Program-made: the position numbers and the translations under genes
From: Hydrolagus colliei
Taxonomy: Eukaryota
Direction: 5' to 3'
Assembly (NCBI GenBank): GCA_035084275.1
Contig: CM068753.1
Coordinates: 2,418,001-2,482,000 of the forward strand
DNA length: 64,000 nt
Shown here: positions 13,757 through 25,524 of the stretch, in pieces
Layout of the letters: every line of letters starts with the position of its first letter
How positions within the stretch are numbered: the stretch's first letter is position 1
The notes under the pieces: generated by a model
Told to the model about the DNA's origin: nothing
The model's input: only the letters and a program-made list of their open reading frames with translations
The model's database searches: none

Positions 13757-14215
13757 ACAAACAGGTGATAAGGCGTGATATCGAGTGCCAAGGATTATTT
13801 TTATTTAACTGTATTGTTATCCAGCAGTGCAATAGAGTGCACTCTGACATTCCCAAGCCTTTGTCTCTTGCCGACCTGCATCCGAAATTCTCCAATGGAG
13901 TTAGGTAAGGGAGGGAGCGGGAGAGATCAGATCGAGGTTTATACCTCCAGCATTCCTGGAGGTATTTTAAAGTGTAAAGGTGCACTTAGTTGGAACTCTT
14001 ATTTAGTTTGGAAACTCTACACAGCCCGGTGATGGGTCAGACTGACACGCGGCTGACACAAACAAACCTTTTACCCGTTATCTCAAAAAGCCTGTTGAAT
14101 ACTTGCTCCCACATTTATTGGAGGAGCCGCGAGATTGCTAGTGCAATCAGAAATCTTACGTTTGATCTCTAGCGTCTTATCACCTGTTTGAGCCGTCCCA
14201 AAACTCTTCACAGAA

Positions 14216-14293
14216 TAGTCAGTCAGTGAGTCAGTCATTCAGTCAGTCAGTCAGTGAGTCAGTCAGTCATTCAGTCAGTCAGTCAGTCAGTCA
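14216..14293. repeat. (AGTC)n tetranucleotide microsatellite
   Basis: Directly visible, about 19 units with variants. Confidence 0.95.
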
Positions 14294-15225
14294 GGTTGTT
14301 ATGGTTTTCTTAGCAAAAAATACCACTTCAATAAATTTTGGGGGATATCAGATTTTTCTCTTCCTACATTAAAATGATCAGTTTACAGTTGCCAAAGAAG
14401 CGGCTGGCTGTTTGGCGGAGGCTGTCGCACAGTCACTCAGCTCCGCTGGCAACAAACATGCCAATTTGGGAGACTTTAGGAGCGAGAGATTGGGGAGGCC
14501 AGAAGGCGAGGGGCAGGGGGAGGCGGTGGGTGGGAGGGGGGGGGGGAGGGTGTTTGGGGGGTGGGGGGGGAGGGGTGAGGGCAGAGGCTTGGTGGTTGGG
14601 TGGGTGATGGGGGACGAGATCAACTTCGGATTTTTCTGGTAACAAAACTTCACGCAATCGTGATTCCATTGAATCTAATATCACTACAGAAATAATAATA
14701 ATAATAACAATAATCTGATCATTCAACCCACCCCTGCTGTGTTTCCCCCGCCCCACACAAAAATACACAGTCAATTGACTGATGAGGCTATGTGTCAAAT
14801 GATAAAAAAATTTATCACTACATAATAATAAATTATGTGTTCTAGTTTTGCCATTGATTTCTTAACATGTTTTTTTTTAACGTCGGGCTTTCCTTCAATG
14901 CTTTTTGAAGTGTTTTAGTTAGGAGCTAGGGAGTGGAGGAGGTGGGGGCGTATCATGCCTGCCTGGAATAAATTCCCTAGCAAATAAGTTGATGAGAATC
15001 TTTCTTTCCCCCTCCACCCACCCCCCCCCATTCCAGTGTTTGTTTGTGTGTGTAGAAAAAAATAACGCACACACTAATGTGATTTGACTCACTGCCTCTC
15101 TCAACGTACACACGCACACACAAGATCGATAGTAGTTTAAAACCAACACGCGCACATATTCTGAAACAGTCACGTTGTGTTAACATGGTGTAAAACAATT
15201 CAAACGCGTTTGAAACTAGAACAGT

Positions 15226-15231
15226 TTTATT
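15226..15231 (-). terminator. Candidate distal polyadenylation signal AATAAA
   Basis: Sense context CATTTTCAAAATAAAACTGTTCTAGTTTC followed by U/GU-rich sequence. A second candidate at 15585-15590 is followed by TTTGTTCTTCCGTGTTG. Confidence 0.55.
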
Positions 15232-17539
15232 TTGAAAATGGTTGTTATCAAACGATCTGTCTTTATAAATAGCCATTAAACATTAGGATCGGGGGGGGGG
15301 GGGGGGGGGGAAGGGAGGGAGGGGGGGGGGGTGTTGGTACATGGTTTTCAATGTTTACTCCGTCACTTGCCATGGTTTCCGTCCCATTCGCAAACAAGTT
15401 ATACAACACAGTACACTTCCCAGAGGCTGCCAGTAAAGTTATCCGCGGTTAAATCAACTTCAATCGATTTTTTTTTTGGGGGGGGTGATGGGGGTTTGGT
15501 GGTGGGGGGGTTGGGTGGGGGGGGGGACAGACGGACACTGGCCTTAAGGTTACTGTCTATTTCCGCAACACGGAAGAACAAATTTTTATTGATTTTTTCC
15601 ACTCGAAAACGTGAAAAGACGGATTGGATTCCACGGCTGCTGATGAAACTGTCTGTACCCAAGCACAGCGGTTACGTTTGTTCATTACAACCTTGCAGAG
15701 GCACTCCGCACAGTGCCCACACCTTGTAACTCGTTCCCTGACGTTTCTGTATGTGTATGTGTGTGTTGTAACCCCATAACTCTGCTCCGTCCAGGTTAAT
15801 TGGACCCCCCCCCCTCCCCACCCCCCACCCTAACCAGCCATCCCACCAACAAACTCATGCACTCCAAACCCGAATCCTGTCCCCATATTATTAATTTGCA
15901 CACAGGATGAGTACAGTACACAAGTAGCTTTCGTGACAATGTTTTACAACTTGCGTTAGTGCAACATTTCAATGGAACTGATCCCTCCCTCTCACCCCCC
16001 CCCACCCCCCCCCTTTTCCCCCCCCCCTCCCCTGCCCTACCACCAACATCCCCCCAAACCCTCCTCGCTCCATCTCCCCCCCTAGCCCATCCCACCCCAC
16101 ACTCTGTCAAAAAATGGCCTTGGATTGAATACAACAAACATCCAGCAATAGAGGTTTCAGATGACAAGAGAGACGGAATTTGACAAAAGGAACCCATTCT
16201 GGGAAAAGTGTTAAAGATGACTATTAATACAGCAAAATCCATTAAAATGCAGAAAGGCAGACAAATGCTAACTCTAAATATAACCTGTAAATAAATACAT
16301 ACAATTTTAAAATGGCGGATTGTAGACGTATATACAACGTTTGGAATATTAGACACCAAATAAACCACAGTTTGCCCGTAATATATAGCTTACCATCCCA
16401 GCAAGTCTTATAGCTTTTTGGACCTGCAGTATATATCTATTACTTTGGAAACTAAAAAATATTGCAAATAAGGAATGAACGCTCTACATTAACTGTCTTT
16501 GCAGTAACTTTTGCTGAAGTTCTCTCTCTCTCTTGCAACCTTCGAAGAGATTCCTTGGGTTTAAATAATGGGAACCAGATTGCTACCACAGCCAATCAGT
16601 TTTTTTTTTCAGCAAAAAATAAATACATGACAAGCCATGAATTAAACCATGAGTTTTTTTTTCTTAAATATCAAAGCGACCCCTCTCTCTGCCCCCACCC
16701 CCCCTCGCCCTCCCTCCCCACCCCCCCACCCCCACCCCCCCCCCACTTAAGAGACATTTATTTTTCTTCCGTCAGGATTGGCGCAGAATTGTTGGTGGCG
16801 GCAGGCGATGGCGGTGGAGTGGAGTGGAGTGGAGGTGGGGAGGGGGAGGATGAGTGGAGGGGTGGGGAGAGGAGGGGGAAGTGTTTCCTGGTCAAGTCTG
16901 GGTAGAGATTGTGGGTGAGGTGGGGGCCGGTTAGCTTCTTGCCCAGATCCAGGGTGACAATGCGGAAATGCGTGATTTACCAAATTCCGAGCAGAATTTT
17001 TCGCTATATTTTTTCTCTCTCTCTCTCTCTCTCGTGATTATTTGAAAACCAAATCACCACATGTACATACGTACGTCTCACAGACTGGTAGGGTGACGTA
17101 ATTTCACTCTGTCTCTCTTACTCACTCACTCTCTCTCTGAGTCTTGTCTGTTTTCGGAGTAAGTTCCAGAATAATTCCACTCATACGCCTTGGTAAACAG
17201 CTCATTTCTCCCCCCACCAACCTCAAACAGTGTGTGTGTGCGTGTGGGGGGGGGGGGGGGGGGGGGGGCTGGGGGAGAAGACAAACAAATAATAATAATA
17301 CTAAATCGAGTCATTTTCTCATCCGAACCGCTGGCTGCTTCGTCTCCTGATTGGCGCCCGATGACTGCGGAGAGGTTGGCAGTGATTTGCCCCCCTACGA
17401 ACCCCCCCCCCCCCCCCCCCCCCCCCCCAATCCACCCCCACATCTCCCCCTCGATCGATGTCTCGTGACGTTGGGGTGGAAGGTTGACTTGCCAGTAGAA
17501 CAGGTCAGAACTGCCTCGGACCAAAGGACAGACTGTCGT

Positions 17540-17700
17540 CGACGACAACAACTTGGACTGATATCGTCGTGCCTCTCGCTCCCTCGCTCCTCGCCGGACG
17601 GCGTCTCAGAGCGCTATTCACAATAACAAGGGAGTGAGTTCCAGAGCTTCGGGGGGTAGTGGCTGAAGGCACGGCCGCCGATAAGTTTGACGGGTGGGTT
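17540..17700 (-). mobile_element. L2-clade LINE 3' end fragment inside the WNT5A 3'UTR
   Basis: Translates GGRAFSHYPPKLWNSLP, the L2 ORF2 C-terminal motif G.RAFS..AP.LWNSLP, followed by tail and (TTG)n. Confidence 0.75.
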
Positions 17701-18224
17701 TCCTGTGGAACTCCTCGGTGTGAGGGCGTTTGGCTGTGACGTCGGTCGATGTCTATTACCTGCACACTGTGGCTTACGGCAGAAAAGGAGGTTCCTTTTA
17801 TTTACCAATCGTGGCTCTGGTGCATTTTAACGAAGTCGCAGACACTGGGTTGGCGTTGCCCGGGTGACGTTGCGTCAGTTCATGGCGTGAAGAAGAAAAG
17901 GTTGTTTATTTCTTGTTTGTTTGCGATTCTGAACAATCTGGGAGAGACTTATCTTTTCGGAATACTGAGCCCAAGTGTTTTTTATATATATATATATATC
18001 TATATATATATATATGGCAAATTCAGTTGTGTGTCTGCTTGTGTCTGTGGGTGTGGGTGTGTTGGGTGAGGGGTTGGGGGCTGAGGGAGAGAAGAAGAGT
18101 TTTTTTTTTTTGAACAGATCGATTGCCAGTTGTTCTTTTTTCCGTTGGTATCGTTTTACTTGAGTCCTCGAGTGCGGGGGGCAAAGAGGGAGAGGGCGGG
18201 CGGCGAGTGGGGTGCGTGGGGGAG

Positions 18225-18316
18225 GGCAAGAGAGCGAGGGAGGAAGGATGAGAGAGAGCGAGGGAGGAAGGAGGAGAGAGAGCGAGGGAGGAAGGAGGAG
18301 AGAGTGAGGGAGGAAG

Positions 18317-18353
<37 letters not shown>

Positions 18354-18391
18354 TTGTTGCCTTCTGCAGCTACAAGTGCTCGGAGATTGTT

Positions 18392-18420
<29 letters not shown>
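18225..18420. repeat. 21-bp purine minisatellite (~3 copies) plus (GA)n and (CT)n tracts
   Basis: GAGAGAGCGAGGGAGGAAGGA-type units, then (GA)n at ~18320-18350 and (TC)n at ~18395-18423. Confidence 0.85.
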
Positions 18421-18429
<9 letters not shown>

Positions 18430-18524
18430 TTCTCTCCGCAGGTTGGGAGGGCGGTGGGGTACGTGGGAGAGAGGGAGGGAGGGAAGGAGGGAGGGAGGAA
18501 GGGAATGAAGGAAGGAAAGGAGGG

Positions 18525-19172
<648 letters not shown>

Positions 19173-19876
19173 TCATCTAGCACTTTTCACATCTTATCAA
19201 CGTCTCAAAGCGTTTTTTTTTGAAGGATTTTTATTAGGCATGTGTGTGTATGCGTGTGTGTGTGTGTGTATGTGGAGTAAGGAAACTTGCTCAAGGGTTT
19301 CGCCCTGACCTGCCTGGATTCAAACACAAGTCTCTCACGCTTGTACGTACCTATGTATGTACGTAGGTACATAGGTGTTTCGCCCCTAACACTAACGTAC
19401 GGTCAATTCGCTTTACGGTATATTCGGCGAAGGGCTTTGAAACGCAGTCTAGAAGACGTGAAAAGCGCGATATCAAATGCAAGGAGATTTATTATTATTA
19501 TTATTATAGCAATAACAACAGTAATACATAATCATCTTAATTATCGTGCGTTTGATACAGAGCCATAGCACCTTGTTCAGACGTCTCAAAGTCTTTATTT
19601 ATTATTATTTATTATATATAGCAGCCATGCTCCCTCTCTCCCTCCGCCCCCCCCTCTCTCTATATATAATATATTGTAAATAATAATAATTCCCGCAGGT
19701 GATGCAGCGCCTTGTCACCTCGTTAAAGACGCCTCAAAACGCTTCACAGAATACACTCTAAAGAGAATTGACTGCATTATTTTGTGGTGAAACGCGGCAG
19801 CCAATTTGCTCACAAACCACAAACAGTCATGGATCGAATAATGCATTCAGGTACACGGGCAAAAACACGCACACAG

Positions 19877-19911
<35 letters not shown>

Positions 19912-20172
19912 AAGAGCCTGTGAAGGTGATGGGAAGAGTTTCTGGGTGGGTCTGGTTCCCAGAACAATATTCCAGCATTCCCGAGGCCAGGAAGGGACAG
20001 TTTCACAAGACAGGGCTGTCAGTCAGTCTGTGGTTCTCTTCTCACTCAGTCCTGCCCAACTTTCTCTCAAATTTAAAGCGCAATACAGTACTGTATACAG
20101 TACCAACTGTTTATTTTATTGAAGTGTGTCTAACGCCACCGTGCCTATATTTCTGATGTATTCTAAACACAA

Positions 20173-20372
20173 NNNNNNNNNNNNNNNNNNNNNNNNNNNN
20201 NNNNNNNNNNNNNNNNNNNNNNNNNNNNNNNNNNNNNNNNNNNNNNNNNNNNNNNNNNNNNNNNNNNNNNNNNNNNNNNNNNNNNNNNNNNNNNNNNNNN
20301 NNNNNNNNNNNNNNNNNNNNNNNNNNNNNNNNNNNNNNNNNNNNNNNNNNNNNNNNNNNNNNNNNNNNNNNN
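20173..20372. other. Assembly gap (200 N); other gaps at 20554-20752, 23258-23495, 26655-26902, 29322-29515, 60432-60608
   Basis: Runs of N of 177-248 nt; several abut SINE sequence. Confidence 0.99.
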
Positions 20373-20539
20373 TGCGGAAATCCTTTTGGGACTCTGCGGC
20401 TAATCTAGGGTTGGGAGGCTGGCACATGTTCAAACAAAATTCAGACCCAAAGTGGATCAGTCTGCCCCTAATGATCGAGCCCTGCCTCATCACAAACAAG
20501 ATCCGCAAACAACACAGGCCTGCGCAGGCTGCTCGATGT

Positions 20540-21072
20540 GGAGTTCCTGTAGCNNNNNNNNNNNNNNNNNNNNNNNNNNNNNNNNNNNNNNNNNNNNNNN
20601 NNNNNNNNNNNNNNNNNNNNNNNNNNNNNNNNNNNNNNNNNNNNNNNNNNNNNNNNNNNNNNNNNNNNNNNNNNNNNNNNNNNNNNNNNNNNNNNNNNNN
20701 NNNNNNNNNNNNNNNNNNNNNNNNNNNNNNNNNNNNNNNNNNNNNNNNNNNNTCGCTCGTCGTGTCAGTGTGAAAACCTGTGTTCGAATCCAGGCAGATC
20801 AGGAAAAACCTCGGGCAAGTTTCCTTACTTCACACAAGTGCACACACGCCTAATAATAATCCCTCCAAAAAAACCATAATAATAAAATTCATAATTTCAA
20901 CCCCGACTGTTTGTGGGGGGGACGCTGCTGTGCGCAATTGGCTGCCGCGTTTCGCCCACAAATATACATACAGTCAATTCATTTTACAGTATATTCTGTG
21001 AAGCGCTTTGAGACACAGTCTAGAAGACGTGAAAAGCCGCTATATCAAATGCAAGGATTATTATTATTATTA
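20540..21072 (+). mobile_element. SINE copy with head broken by an assembly gap
   Basis: GGAGTTCCTGTAGC before the gap; B box, core and tail after it. Confidence 0.8.
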
Positions 21073-22342
21073 CATGAACAGTCAGCGTTGTCAGTGGCAT
21101 TTGATATGAATGAAACAGTGTCTATGGGACCCTTAAACAATCCTGTGATATTTTCCTCCAGTGTGAATTACAACACAACGGGGGGGGGGGGGTGCTTATT
21201 GAACGTTAAAACCGCGAGAAAAAAAAGGGAGGGTGGGGTGGGGGGCAGGGGCGCATGTTTCTGCGATTTGCTTGGCAGCTGCTGAATATCAGCTCGATGT
21301 TAAACTGCAAAGAAAACTATTAACAAATCTGGAACTTTTACGAATCAAGATATTCTGATGTGCGGCCAAATTTGTAAGAACAAAAAAAAAGCAAAAAAAC
21401 CGAAGAGACAGAGAGAGAGAGAGAGAGACAATGGGAATCTGCGGCAGCTTTGAGAGCTTCGGATAATGGCAGCCACACAAAGTAGATACCGCAACATGAA
21501 AGCAGCCTCCGCCTTTCATGTGAGTGGAAGAGGACACTCGCAAAAATGTTTAGGCTTGGCTTTTTGTTTTGCCGTTGTTGAGCAGATGCCGTCTTGTCGG
21601 CGGTTCAGATGAATCGATGGCTCCTGGTTAAAGACAAGACTTGACTGCAACGTCCACGGTTCTAAACGGACATTCGTAAATGTCGCGAATGAAAATATTG
21701 ACGATTGGACACTCGATGAAAACGAGTGATAATAAGAATAATATTTGGTCACTCAATCCAAGCCTCGGCTGGCTGTTTGCAGGGTGGTGGGGGTGGGGGG
21801 TGGGGGGGGGGGTGGACACGACGCTGCTGTGCGCAAATTGGCTGCCGCGTTACGCCCAGAAAACATACGGTCGATTCACTTGAATTCTGAGAAGCGCTTT
21901 GAGACGTCTCGAAGACATGAAAATGCGCTACATTAATTGAAAGCATTATTTTTATTATATTATAAAGGATTTGGGAGACAAAAGCAGAAGTCTACCCAAT
22001 CACATGTGAAGTATGTGTGCGTAACAAGCTATGTAACACGCTTCCCTCCCTCCCTCGGGGGTTGGGAAAGAAGGCGGGGGGGGGGGTGGGGGGGGGGGGA
22101 GGGGGGTGGTTGTTGAGAGAGGAGAGAGTCTATGATTGGCGTTTGTAGTACTTTGTTCAAATATTCCACTTGACCAGGTTAACTTGTTTGTTTCAGAGAT
22201 GAGAAGCTCACCTCACCTCGCCTCGTACAAATTTTTTTTTTTTTTTTCGCTTCCTGTGTCAGAGAAGCTGCAATCAAAGGAAATTTAAATGTAGAAGTCT
22301 GTGGATTGATGATATTTTTCATACTGTGGTGAGAGGTTCAGT

Positions 22343-22665
22343 GGAGCCCTGTAGCTCAGTGGTTAGAGCACTCGGCTTACAAGGCGAGTGAGAGACCTGG
22401 GTTCAATTCCAGGCAGGTCAGGGGGGAAACCAGCTACCTTACTCCACACGCCTGATAATAATCCCTTGAAACCAAAACAATAATAAATTGGTCCTTTCAA
22501 TTCACGACTGTTTATGGGTGGGGGGGGTTCCGTTGTGCGCAACTGTCTGCTACGTTTCGCCCCACAACATGTACCGTCAATTCACTTTACAGCACATATA
22601 TTCTGTGAAGCGCATTGAGACACAGTCCCAGAAGACGTGAAAAGCGCTGTATGAACACAAGGATT
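22343..22665 (+). mobile_element. SINE, full length
   Basis: A box TAGCTCAGTGG, B box GGTTCAATTCC, core and tail present. Confidence 0.88.
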
Positions 22666-22884
22666 GTGACTGTTGCTGTAGAGGATTCCTTTGTGCCGCC
22701 GAGAGCCTTTCCGAAATTAATTCCTAATGTAAACCTGCTGGACACACTGTCAAGAGCCACGTTTTCAAAGACGCACGAAGCAAACGGTCGCAAAACATTC
22801 CAGAGCAGGTTTCCAACGAGTGGGAGGCAACGCCGACTGCGGAGGATTCATTGGCTTCATGTTCTCTCGTTGTCCGCTGAGTTT

Positions 22885-23153
22885 TAATAATAGTAATAAT
22901 AATAATCCTTGCATTTTGATACAGCGGCTTTTCCCATTCTTATCGACTGTGTCTCACAGCGCTTCACAGAATATACAGTAAAGTGATTTGACTGTACATA
23001 TATTTGTGGACAAAAACGCAGCAGCCGATTGCGCACAGCAGCCCCCACTCCCCCCCCCCCCATGCACACACACACAGTCGTGGATTGAAATGACCAATTT
23101 TTATTATTGTGGGTTTTTATTTTGGACTGATTATTATTAGGTGCGCACGCGCG

Positions 23154-23193
<40 letters not shown>

Positions 23194-23514
23194 TAAGGAA
23201 CTTGCCCAAGGCATCGCCCTGAACGTGCCTGGATTCGAAACAGAGGTCCCTCACGATNNNNNNNNNNNNNNNNNNNNNNNNNNNNNNNNNNNNNNNNNNN
23301 NNNNNNNNNNNNNNNNNNNNNNNNNNNNNNNNNNNNNNNNNNNNNNNNNNNNNNNNNNNNNNNNNNNNNNNNNNNNNNNNNNNNNNNNNNNNNNNNNNNN
23401 NNNNNNNNNNNNNNNNNNNNNNNNNNNNNNNNNNNNNNNNNNNNNNNNNNNNNNNNNNNNNNNNNNNNNNNNNNNNNNNNNNNNNNNNNNNNNNNACCGA
23501 GCTACAGGTACTCC
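22885..23514 (-). mobile_element. SINE, head broken by an assembly gap
   Basis: Tail, core and B box at 22885-23257; head fragment ACCGAGCTACAGGTACTCC after the gap. Confidence 0.82.
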
Positions 23515-23806
23515 AAATATCGTGGGTCAAAAATTGGATGTCCCCGGGGCACTCATTTCAAGCTTGTTAAGAAACCATCCTGAAGCCCTGGAGGCTTGCC
23601 CTTTACACATGTATTCTTACCACATTTCTGCATGTACCTACACACACCAGCATTGTTCAAAATATGTTAAAAATGAAAAGTAACAGGTTTCACAGGAGGA
23701 CCAGACAGTTAGACTTGCCTATGGCCTACTCACTACACTGCCGAGGAACTGCATCCTTCGTGTTAGGTTAGGTTGGGTGGGCTGTGCCTTTGGCATCTAA
23801 AACAGA

Positions 23807-24190
23807 AGCTCCATGTAGCTCGGTGGGTTAGAGACACTCACTCGCCCTTTACAAGCGTGAGACTTGTGTTCGAATCCAGGCAGGTCAGGTCAGGTCAGGG
23901 CGAAACCTTGGGCAAAATTTCCTTAACCCTCACACTGATAATAATCCCTCCAAAAATAATAAAACAATAATAAAATTGGTCATTTTCAATCCACGACTGT
24001 TTGTGTGTGTGTATGTGTAGGGGGGGGGGGTAAAAAGGGGCGACCATCCTGTGCGCAATCGGCTACTGCGTTTCGCCCACAAATATACATACAGTCAATT
24101 CACTTTACAGTATATTCTGTGAAGCGCTTTGAAACGTCGATAAGATGTGAAAATCGCTATGTCAAATGCAAGGATTATTATTATTATCAT
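23807..24190 (+). mobile_element. SINE, full length
   Basis: Head AGCTCCATGTAGCTCGGTGGG, GTTCGAATCC, core and (TTA)n tail. Confidence 0.88.
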
Positions 24191-25393
24191 TGTAAGTTAG
24201 TGGAACTAGTCCATTTGGTATAAAGCTGCACCATACAGTCCCACAATATCTGTGTCATTAAACAACAACAACAACAAAATTAAAACTATAGAGCGCCTTT
24301 TACGTCGGAACAATTCCGTAATAATATATATTTTTTAAAAGAGGCATTTTAATAGATATTAAGTCTCCACATTTCATTTTACGTTGAGGCCGTTTGGAGT
24401 ACGAGAACCTTTAGGCTTTTCCCCCCCCCAAAACCTGCAGAGTTCCAGTGTGGGTTGCTGAACTTCGCAAAAATTAGATATCGACACGACAGCACGAAAA
24501 CTGGCCACATTTCGTCAAGTCCCAGTCTCAGTAGAACTCCCGATTATCAAAGAATGAACAAGTCTCGCGAAGGCGGGTACAGAAAAAAACATATAATTCC
24601 ATCAATGGCCTTTGCCCCACTCCATCTCCGCAATCTCCTCTGGCATTATTCCCCCTCTCACCCCACACATTCTCCACCCCCTTCTCTCTCCCTCTCCCCA
24701 AACCTTCTCCTCAGCTCTCACCCTCTCTTCAATCTGCAGATATCAACTGATCGAGATCCCCCACCCTCTCTGTGTTCAACCGTGCTTCTCACATCTCCTC
24801 CCACCTCTCCCCCACCCTCCACCCCCACCTCTCCCCACACTATCCCCCCACCTCTCCCCCACCCTTCACCCTACCTCACCCCCACCCTCCACCCCCACTT
24901 CTCCCCTACGCTCTACGCCACCTCTGTCTCCACCCAGCGCAGCTTTCTGTACTGTTCCCTGTGAGTTCTTCTAAGTCTGCTGTCACAAAGAAGCCAGTTC
25001 TGTATACAGGTCGGGAGTTGGACAACCAGATAACCAAATCAACCACAAAAGACCCAAATCAAACGCGAAAACATCCAGTTGGAAGGTACTGTTAAACCAC
25101 GCAAAGGATTAGTTCACATCCATTCACATTTCCTCCTATCCCTCTCCATTCCCTTCTCTCCCCCAGGTTGGCTTGCCAATGAATCCCTTCTCTCAGGTCA
25201 CCAACTTATGCCGACGGAGTCAGCGGAGAGACGCGTTAGAACACAAACACAAACACACAGGTCACAAACACACAGACAAACACAAACACAGCACAACACA
25301 AAGGTCAAGCATGATATAGCGTGCATATTAATTTGACAAAACACGGGCTCTCACCCCTCAGAACAAAACTGTAGCTTTGGTTTGTGTGTACTG

Positions 25394-25420
25394 TTAGGCC
25401 CATATGCCCTCCTCATCATC
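25394..25420 (-). CDS. ERC2: ERC2 C-terminal coding exon DDEEGIWA* (RIM PDZ-binding IWA motif); exon probably spans 25355-25420
   Basis: ggccaaaag|GAT GAT GAG GAG GGC ATA TGG GCC TAA, phase 0. Branch-point-like ACTAAC lies ~55 nt upstream. Candidate donor GGG|GTGAGA at 25354. Confidence 0.93.
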   Translation of the reverse strand, partial: DDEEGIWA

Positions 25421-25490
25421 CTTTTGGCCGGTAGCGTTATGCCAATGCAGCATTGGAATGAAAGAAAGAGAAGGTTAGTCCAGCAGACAC

Positions 25491-25524
<34 letters not shown>

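Larger units (their letters stand above)
15205..18524 (-). other. WNT5A: Probable WNT5A 3'UTR (~3.3 kb)
   Basis: Follows the stop codon. Has an AU-rich, repeat-poor block at 16180-16680 and sense AATAAA at 15585-15590 and 15226-15231. The 3' end is inferred. Confidence 0.6.

Noticed and set aside
13759-14190. 15-bp inverted repeat CAAACAGGTGATAAG suggesting TIRs
   Set aside because: Both arms are SINE/L2 tail fragments in opposite orientation, with no TSD.
14227-14261. Two AP-1 sites (TGAGTCA)
   Set aside because: Single-base variants of the (AGTC)n microsatellite; expected by chance.
22343-22420. tRNA-like sequences (also at 9251, 35212, 52707)
   Set aside because: SINE heads: incomplete acceptor stems and continuous with the SINE body.
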